Origin: a virus
Lineage: Duplodnaviria; Caudoviricetes
Strand: one strand, 5' to 3'
Virus record (IMG/VR): IMGVR_UViG_3300032213_002204
Location: 1-58,005 of that record
DNA: 58,005 nt
Shown here: in pieces, positions 1-6,317 of the stretch
Layout of the letters: every line of letters begins with the position of its first letter
How positions within the stretch are numbered: position 1 is the stretch's first letter
Notes under the pieces: generated by a model
Database searches by the model: none
Told to the model about the DNA's origin: nothing
What the model saw: only the letters and a program-made list of their open reading frames with translations
Position numbers and translations under genes: made by a program

Positions 1-353
1 CTACTGGGTTGCTTTTATTTTTACAAATAGAACCTGGGGGGGCCCCGCGAAGCGGGGGGGGACCAGAATAAGAATCAGCGCAGCAGTCCTGATAAAGGGC
101 TATTGAGTAAAAATTTATTTTTTACGAATAGGCCTAAGGCTGTGAGCAGGATTTCATATTATATGTCATTATAAGAAAAACATATAGAGAGTATATCAAT
201 ACACTCATTTGTTTTTCGCCGGCATATAACAATGAAACTCCCAAACTTATTCCAAAAAATATCATCACATCCACGTTGTAAACGCTGGATAACCTATGAT
301 ATACTAGATCCCAGCAAGGAAATCCCACTCAGAAACTCATAAAGGAGTACAAG

Positions 354-569
354 ATGCCTAAGCAGCATCAATCATCTTCCATGAAGAAAGTCTTGAGAGA
401 ACTCGATAGACTAGGATTCATAGTAGAACGTAAGAAGTCCGGGTCCTATAGTATCTACCCTCCCTCCACGATACTAGGGCCTATGTATACGACTCATGGT
501 ACGGAATCCGCACTCCATCCAATGAGAAGAGACTTCAAACGCCTGTACAACGTTGAGCTATCAGTGTAG
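354..569 (+). CDS. HicA-like small protein (putative)
   Basis: 71 aa; AAGGAG SD; pattern MKKVLRELDRLGFIVERKKSGSY..YPP resembles the HicA fold, but the usual GSH His is Tyr. Confidence 0.4.
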   Translation: MPKQHQSSSMKKVLRELDRLGFIVERKKSGSYSIYPPSTILGPMYTTHGTESALHPMRRDFKRLYNVELSV

Positions 570-877
570 GATTCACCTACTCACTGGGTAGTTGTGGTAG
601 GGTTCAGGTGGTGTCCCTACTACAACTCCTGGTAAAATTGTTGGACAAACAAGTGATACCACCCCATCTCTAGGGGGAACCCATTATAAATCTATATAAT
701 CACCCCCCTCTGCACATCAGGAAATCATATTATGATTACCTACTTACATAGTCTATACAAGAAAAAGATATTACTTATCTTATACTCTCTCTCTATATAA
801 CCAGATTAAAAATTTACTTTGCCGGCGATTTGCTAAAAATCGACCGGCTTTATCTTTATATCCCGAAAGGATAGATT

Positions 878-1099
878 ATGTCCAAACTCTGTATAGAGTA
901 TCTTAAACTTCCCTTGGGAAGTAGAGCTCCTATCATTATGCGGTTCTGCTCATGGTCATGTGCTGAACACTACGCAAAATATGCTCAAACAAATATCTCC
1001 TACTTTCAGGAGAACTATGAACTTACACATAAAGTCGTATGTAGCTATGGCTCATGCGACAATATTATTCTTCCCGCCGACAACTACTTATCTGAATAA
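878..1099 (+). CDS. hypothetical Cys-rich protein
   Basis: ORF with GAAAGGA SD; FCSWSC motif. Confidence 0.5.
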   Translation: MSKLCIEYLKLPLGSRAPIIMRFCSWSCAEHYAKYAQTNISYFQENYELTHKVVCSYGSCDNIILPADNYLSE

Positions 1100-1108
1100 G
1101 GAGAAATC

Positions 1109-1432
1109 ATGTCACAAAACAATATGGTTAACTTCATTACTTTGACCGACCCCGACGGGGACAAGGTCGAACTCAACCCCGCTTTCATCACTATGATGAG
1201 AAGGGATACCTACGAACCTGAAGAAGGCGTCGAAATCCCCATGACAGCTATTTATACTTCATGGGGCTACAAAATGTTCTCTATGGAAACCCCAGAAGAA
1301 GTTGTCAAACTTCAGATGGACGGTATCCAGAACCTAATGAAATCCGTTTTAGAATCCAATATGGCTATATTCCAAAGCATGGATTCAGGCTTAGATATCG
1401 CAAGCCTACTTGAAGGAGATGAAGACGAATGA
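1109..1432 (+). CDS. FlbD-like protein
   Basis: AAGGAG SD; FITLTDPDGDKVELNPAFI...T.I...ETPEEVV resembles the FlbD family pattern; acidic tail. Confidence 0.45.
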   Translation: MSQNNMVNFITLTDPDGDKVELNPAFITMMRRDTYEPEEGVEIPMTAIYTSWGYKMFSMETPEEVVKLQMDGIQNLMKSVLESNMAIFQSMDSGLDIASLLEGDEDE

Positions 1433-1650
1433 TCACTCAAAAACAACTTACCCTTGCAGAGAAAGATCACTTTAAAGCACTTATGGTTAAAGTTATTCTT
1501 TGGGCCGAAATCAACGTACCAAATGAATACTCTTATAACTCCCGTGCTGCCTACTGGGGATCTGCTCTCCGAGCTCAGATCATTACCCAGGATGAATACA
1601 ACCTGGGCCGAAGTCACTACCGTAATCTTTGGGATTATGTAGGAGACTGA
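1429..1650 (+). CDS. hypothetical protein
   Basis: ATGA overlap with the upstream gene. Confidence 0.6.
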   Translation: MITQKQLTLAEKDHFKALMVKVILWAEINVPNEYSYNSRAAYWGSALRAQIITQDEYNLGRSHYRNLWDYVGD

Positions 1651-1652
1651 CT

Positions 1653-1988
1653 GTGCCCAGAAATGCAACAGCACTCAATGAAAAAGTCCACCGCAATCAC
1701 GCTATGTTTCAAGACCATGTATCTGGGAAATCTATTATTAAGATTGCCCGGATATATGGTCTAACATACGACCGTACACGATTCATTATTAAGGAACACA
1801 ATATGAGACAATACTTTGTCGCGGATTTAGCTGACGAATTCATTCTTTTCGAAGGTACTTCCGAAGAATGTGAAACGATTCTTGACCATTATTCTGGCAA
1901 TCTCAGTATCGTAGGATACCGAGATCTTACCCCAGCTATGGTCGAATCTCTCAAGCAACTCCGCAGTAAAACCAAAGAACAACTATGA
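1653..1988 (+). CDS. hypothetical protein with N-terminal HTH-like segment; internal start at 1803 likely
   Basis: GTG start after GGAG; GKSIIKIARIYGLTYDRTRFII is HTH-like; second SD (AAGGA) before ATG 1803. Confidence 0.45.
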   Translation: MPRNATALNEKVHRNHAMFQDHVSGKSIIKIARIYGLTYDRTRFIIKEHNMRQYFVADLADEFILFEGTSEECETILDHYSGNLSIVGYRDLTPAMVESLKQLRSKTKEQL

Positions 1989-2126
1989 CCAACAAAAATA
2001 CCCATGTATGGGTCATCCTTGATGAAACTGATTATCGCTGTATTAACTGCGATATCAGGCATACCCCTGCCAGAAACAATCAAGAATGCTCATACCTAAA
2101 AAAGCCTAAAAACAAGGAGGCATCTC

Positions 2127-2372
2127 ATGCCTAGCATAAATACAAGTCACCACTTAGACTCTCAAGAAATCCCACAACTAACTATCAGTACCCACTATGT
2201 CATCGACAAAGATGGTGTTGAGACTGAAAAGTTAAATTTTCATGTCTTTAAAATTCACACTACTCAGGGTGAATCTAACTACTTCCTTCATACAGATGAA
2301 CAACTTCAGGAATTCATTACGGAGTTGAAACATCTTGTTGAAACAAGAAGCAGAATTTCGGCATATCTCTAA
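2127..2372 (+). CDS. hypothetical protein
   Basis: AAGGAGG SD; TAATG coupling to the next gene. Confidence 0.65.
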   Translation: MPSINTSHHLDSQEIPQLTISTHYVIDKDGVETEKLNFHVFKIHTTQGESNYFLHTDEQLQEFITELKHLVETRSRISAYL

Positions 2373-2608
2373 TGAAAAAATATGACTTTTCATCTACTGA
2401 TTCCATAGTTGAGCAGGTTATTCTTAATAACACCTGCATACACTGTGGAGAAGCTAATCAAATAACTTTGGATGCAGTTGCATTAGCCAATTGGCGTAAT
2501 CGCGAACTCATTCAAAATGTATTCCCTAAATTAGATTATCATCAGCGGGAAATCATTCAAACTGGCATTCATCCTGAATGCTTTGATGCAATGTTCCCAC
2601 CAAAATAA
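2372..2608 (+). CDS. phage hypothetical protein with CxxC...HxxC
   Basis: CIHC ... QNVFP.L...QREIIQTGIHPECFD pattern. Confidence 0.6.
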   Translation: MKKYDFSSTDSIVEQVILNNTCIHCGEANQITLDAVALANWRNRELIQNVFPKLDYHQREIIQTGIHPECFDAMFPPK

Positions 2609-2619
2609 GGAGAACAGCA

Positions 2620-2907
2620 ATGACTACAGCTCACTGCTTTATCTGCAGCAATCACCTTAGCCAACAATGGCCTGAAGGCCTAAATACTGAACCCTCATAC
2701 GAGCCTTGGGAAGATGTCAAAAACGGCATTAGCTTAAAGCTCAATGTTGGTTATGGCTCTGACCATGATGGCGACTATGGTCGTATTCTTATCTGCGATA
2801 ACTGCTATAGTTCTCGCAAAGCAAACGTAATAGACCTAAAAAACTGGATTAACGATAGTATTAAAGATATACATTCAGATGACCTTGAGGTCATCGATCC
2901 TATCTGA
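2620..2907 (+). CDS. hypothetical zinc-ribbon protein
   Basis: AAGGAG SD; CFIC...CDNC. Confidence 0.6.
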   Translation: MTTAHCFICSNHLSQQWPEGLNTEPSYEPWEDVKNGISLKLNVGYGSDHDGDYGRILICDNCYSSRKANVIDLKNWINDSIKDIHSDDLEVIDPI

Positions 2908-2913
2908 TATACT
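2885..2913 (+). promoter_or_regulatory. sigma70/SigA-type promoter for tRNA-Arg
   Basis: TTGAGG-17 bp-TATACT with extended TG, 9 nt before the tRNA. Confidence 0.55.
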
Positions 2914-2922
2914 ATAGTCCGT

Positions 2923-2999
2923 GCTTCCGTAGCTCAGCAGGATAGAGCATCGGACTTCTAATCCGCAGGTCGTACGTTCGAATCGTACCGGGAGCGCCA
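2923..2999 (+). tRNA. tRNA-Arg(TCT), CCA encoded
   Basis: acceptor GCTTCCG/CGGGAGC, anticodon loop CT-TCT-AA, GTTCGAATC T-loop. Confidence 0.95.
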
Positions 3000-3286
3000 T
3001 GACACTTATACACTTAGACATAGCTATTGAAAATAGCACTGAAGTAAGACTAGGAGACATTCGTCAATGGATGAAGGAAGTGGACAAGTTTAACTTGCCC
3101 AATGACTATCCAGTATACGAATGTGCTTTAGCACTAGTCGTCGAAATACCAGAGCATAACATCATTCCATCGGAATGCATGGAATGCCCTCCAGAACAAG
3201 CTAATCATGATGTACTCATTGTATCTCATGATTGCGTCAATCCCGTTAACAATCTAGCCCAGGCATATGACCAGGCTATTGTATAA
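2999..3286 (+). CDS. hypothetical protein; ATG overlaps the tRNA-Arg CCA
   Basis: 95 aa ORF with a CMEC motif. Confidence 0.6.
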   Translation: MTLIHLDIAIENSTEVRLGDIRQWMKEVDKFNLPNDYPVYECALALVVEIPEHNIIPSECMECPPEQANHDVLIVSHDCVNPVNNLAQAYDQAIV

Positions 3287-3372
3287 CAAAAAATATGAAA
3301 TATTTAAATTTCACCATAACTAAACAACCCTATCATTAATCGTATGCTAGTCTTAAGATTAGCATCAAAAGA

Positions 3373-3481
3373 GTTAATTAGTTTCCCGTGAGTTCTACTT
3401 GCCCCCCATGTAAAACTCGCAGTGAAAGTTTAGCCTCCTTTTAACTACACTGCTTTGGTCTCCAAGCGGGAACTGATTAGC
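3373..3481 (+). ncRNA. candidate structured RNA (4-way junction, C-rich loops)
   Basis: closing stem GTTAATTAGTTTCCCG/CGGGAACTGATTAGC encloses three hairpins in an ORF-free gap. Confidence 0.5.
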
Positions 3482-3522
3482 ATTATTCAGTTCACTAATA
3501 AAGGTGGACTGAAAGGACAATC

Positions 3523-3771
3523 ATGAATGATCTAACTTTAATGGAATCTGAAGCTGACGTCTACAAGGCCATCAGCAAATTAATGGATTTCTCTAAAACT
3601 TTAACTGACACCGTTCACCTCTTAAACTTTTCAAGTAAAGAGGAGGAGTCTGCAAAGTTCAGAAATCAATTCTATGAAGTTTTATGTAGCATTCACGAGG
3701 CTCAATTGTCAACAATTAAGCTATTCGAAATGCTCTGCATCGCACATGGAAATCCTCTGTCAAGATCTTAA
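3523..3771 (+). CDS. hypothetical protein
   Basis: GAAAGGA SD; 82 aa. Confidence 0.6.
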   Translation: MNDLTLMESEADVYKAISKLMDFSKTLTDTVHLLNFSSKEEESAKFRNQFYEVLCSIHEAQLSTIKLFEMLCIAHGNPLSRS

Positions 3772-3930
3772 AAATGTTGTACATACAAATTTATACATGT
3801 TGAACCCTTTACATACATAATATTATATAGGTTTGTAACCAACATGTTGCGTTATTGCATTATTATTACGTTTATTCTTTTTTTATGTTCATAAAATATA
3901 TAACTTTATATATGAAAAAATGAGGTAATC

Positions 3931-4149
3931 ATGACAAAGCAACAAAATATACAAGCATATATTGATACCATAATAGGAGGAACTGTTACAACTAAGTCGC
4001 TAGCTTTAGCAACTAGTTGTACCCTTCCTACTCTTTTAACATTTATCAGGAATAACTCTGATAGATTTAAAAAAGTCAAACATGGTACCTATCTAATACT
4101 ATCTCCATCTGTGTCTATTGACATTAATGAAGATATAAATCTCCGTTAG
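3931..4149 (+). CDS. small winged-HTH-like protein
   Basis: GAGG SD; VTTKSLA...FKKVKHGTYLI wing-like pattern. Confidence 0.45.
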   Translation: MTKQQNIQAYIDTIIGGTVTTKSLALATSCTLPTLLTFIRNNSDRFKKVKHGTYLILSPSVSIDINEDINLR

Positions 4150-4285
4150 AATTGGCACTTAGTCAATAAAAACGGTACTATATGTCTTATCGTCTAAATA
4201 AGACGGTAAGCAGGAGTGGCTGTGCATAAGCGGGCGGAACCCTTATGCCACTCATTGAAACCGATCCATTCTTACGGAGGTTAAC

Positions 4286-4447
4286 ATGTCAGATTATTTT
4301 ATGACAAATGGTTTTAAGCAGGATTTTACTAATCTTCTTAAATCTATATTATTAATCTCTAACAGGCTCGAAGACTTAACGAACGAAGTTCGTGCTCTTC
4401 GGGAGCAGAATGCAGTGGATCCTAACAAGGAGAAAACCACTGAGTAA
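4286..4447 (+). CDS. 53 aa coiled-coil hypothetical protein (not in the ORF track)
   Basis: GGAGG SD; MSDYFMTNGFKQDFTNLLKSILLISNRLEDLTNEVRALREQ... Confidence 0.6.
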   Translation: MSDYFMTNGFKQDFTNLLKSILLISNRLEDLTNEVRALREQNAVDPNKEKTTE

Positions 4448-4469
4448 ACCATTGTTACACCACCAAATA

Positions 4470-4650
4470 TGCTATACTAAGTACATGCCCCTCACGGGCA
4501 CGGGATACTAATTCCCACATGTAGCAAGGCAACTTGTGAAATGAGGAAAAACTTACCGCTGCCATAACTAGGCATGTAGTCCTTGTTTCGCAACCTGCGA
4601 TATACACTACTTGGAAGTTCCAAGGAGTGCTTACCGAAAGGAGCGAACCA
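4470..4650 (+). promoter_or_regulatory. extended -10 promoter plus structured ~165 nt 5' leader of the transglycosylase genes
   Basis: TGCTATACT at 4470-4478, then a run of hairpins including GCAA and GAAA tetraloops; the last one overlaps the SD. Confidence 0.5.
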
Positions 4651-5220
4651 ATGCAATTTAGGTTCATTAACATAATCAAGCAATTAAGAAACGATAAGAC
4701 TACTCTCGTCGCTTTCTTAAGTGTCCTAAGCATACTACTCATTACTCTGTTGACATCTTGTGGCAACAAAGTAGAAAGTAGTCAACCACCAATAACAGTA
4801 ACTGTCACTACAACTGTTCCAGTTGTTACAACGGTTCCTGTTCCCGAAACTACTTCGGCACCAACTACAACAATGCCTGATTTATCTGGCGTTGACTGGG
4901 TTGCTCTTGCAAGAGAGCAATATGGCAAGTGTGGCGAATGGCACGATCTTGCTATCTCAGTTGGCTGGCCTGAAGAAGAATGGAAACATCTTCAGCAAGT
5001 CATCTATCGCGAGAGCAGATGTCAAGCTGAAGCTTGGAATGGTTCAGATGGTGGCTTAACCCAAATCAACAGAATCCACACTCAGTGGCTTTCTGATATG
5101 GGTTACAAGTTTCCGGACGACATGTTTGACGCAGAGAAGAATCTCACATTCGCATTTCGTTTATGGGAGACTTCTGGATGGAGACCCTGGAAATCTTCAG
5201 GATCAACATTTGGTGCTTGA
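4651..5220 (+). CDS. lytic transglycosylase (SLT/lysozyme-like) lipoprotein
   Basis: lipobox LTSC, T/P-rich linker, IYRESRC catalytic Glu, GGLTQIN, GWRPW. Confidence 0.85.
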   Translation: MQFRFINIIKQLRNDKTTLVAFLSVLSILLITLLTSCGNKVESSQPPITVTVTTTVPVVTTVPVPETTSAPTTTMPDLSGVDWVALAREQYGKCGEWHDLAISVGWPEEEWKHLQQVIYRESRCQAEAWNGSDGGLTQINRIHTQWLSDMGYKFPDDMFDAEKNLTFAFRLWETSGWRPWKSSGSTFGA

Positions 5221-5222
5221 TC

Positions 5223-5729
5223 ATGACTATCAACAAGATAGTCTCAATCATAACAGCAACATTATTGTCTGCTGTTATTCTAATCACCAATACCAATACA
5301 TCTAATGCCCAAGCCGTACAGACTACTAATCCTCCAGTTGACTTGTCTCAAGTTAATTGGACAGAATTAGGTAGACTTATTTATGGTAAATGTGGCGAAT
5401 ATCACGACCTTGCTATCCAAGCAGGATGGCCAGAATCTCAGTGGCCTACACTGAGTAAAGTCATGTATCGTGAATCTCGCTGCAATACATTATCCTTCAA
5501 TAAGTCAGACCCTAATGGGGGTAGTCGTGGCCTTATCCAGATCAATGGATTCTGGTGTAGAAAAAATCGTTACACTCCCAATGGTTGGCTACAAGACAAG
5601 TCCATCCTCAACACATGTGACGATCTATTTGATCCACTAACTAACCTGCGTGCAGGGTGGTCTATGTGGCAATATAGTCAGGAACATAATCGTTGCGGAT
5701 GGAGACCATGGGCAACTAGATGTAAGTAA
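5223..5729 (+). CDS. secreted lytic transglycosylase, paralogue of the upstream gene
   Basis: signal peptide; YGKCGEYHDLA..GWP, MYRESRC, GLIQING, GWRPW. Confidence 0.85.
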   Translation: MTINKIVSIITATLLSAVILITNTNTSNAQAVQTTNPPVDLSQVNWTELGRLIYGKCGEYHDLAIQAGWPESQWPTLSKVMYRESRCNTLSFNKSDPNGGSRGLIQINGFWCRKNRYTPNGWLQDKSILNTCDDLFDPLTNLRAGWSMWQYSQEHNRCGWRPWATRCK

Positions 5730-5760
5730 AATTTTTAACAAATAATTATACCCAACAAAG

Positions 5761-5797
5761 AGGGGAGCTAGTTCCGAAAGGGACTGCTCCCCTTTTC
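5761..5797 (+). terminator. intrinsic terminator
   Basis: AGGGGAGC/GCTCCCCT stem, GAAA loop, T-run. Confidence 0.75.
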
Positions 5798-5801
5798 GTT
5801 A

Positions 5802-5812
5802 TTCATACAAAA
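5802..5812 (+). promoter_or_regulatory. recurring intergenic motif TTCATACAAAA (also at 6279, 8865, 10457, 41102)
   Basis: five exact intergenic copies, all in the same orientation. Confidence 0.6.
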
Positions 5813-5838
5813 AAAAACTAGAAAGGTTCTACAATATT

Positions 5839-6270
5839 ATGTTTGCTTTCGTCATGATCTTAGCCTTTGCTTCTGCTGTAGTTGAGCTTACCTTTGCTTC
5901 CAAATTTCCAGTTTGGAGAAAAGCAGCTAAACGCAACAAAGCTATTAACCTTGCAATCTCAATTGCTCTTTCATTTGTCTTAGGTATTATGTTTGGTGCA
6001 GCTGGTCTTATCACCATGGCTGCTGCAATCATTTCTACCGTACTTGTTATTCCAGGTTATGCCTTTCTTGAATGGGCATATGATTCCCCACAGGCTCAGA
6101 CTCGTGGAGGTAATCAACTGAAGTATTTCTCAGACAAAACTAAGGAAGTTGTCTCTGACACTTTCAAAATTATTTACAAAATTCTCAGAGTTATTACTTT
6201 CCCAATTTGGGGAAGTCGAATTGCTCGAGATAAATATCGCAATTTCAAATTACGCACCCCACAAAACTAG
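5839..6270 (+). CDS. membrane protein
   Basis: about three hydrophobic helices; GAAAGG SD. Confidence 0.65.
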   Translation: MFAFVMILAFASAVVELTFASKFPVWRKAAKRNKAINLAISIALSFVLGIMFGAAGLITMAAAIISTVLVIPGYAFLEWAYDSPQAQTRGGNQLKYFSDKTKEVVSDTFKIIYKILRVITFPIWGSRIARDKYRNFKLRTPQN

Positions 6271-6317
6271 CTTTATTGTTCATACAAAAAAGCAGGTAAC
6301 TGCCTTAAGGAGGCTTT

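Noticed and set aside
215-850. GCCGGC repeats at about 218 and 821
   Set aside because: There are only two exact copies with dissimilar flanks, which is too little to call a motif.
4485-4650. c-di-AMP (ydaO) riboswitch upstream of the transglycosylases
   Set aside because: The context fits, but I cannot find the GAAUC and CCCGUCAGCUAAC consensus blocks. It is kept only as an unknown structured leader.
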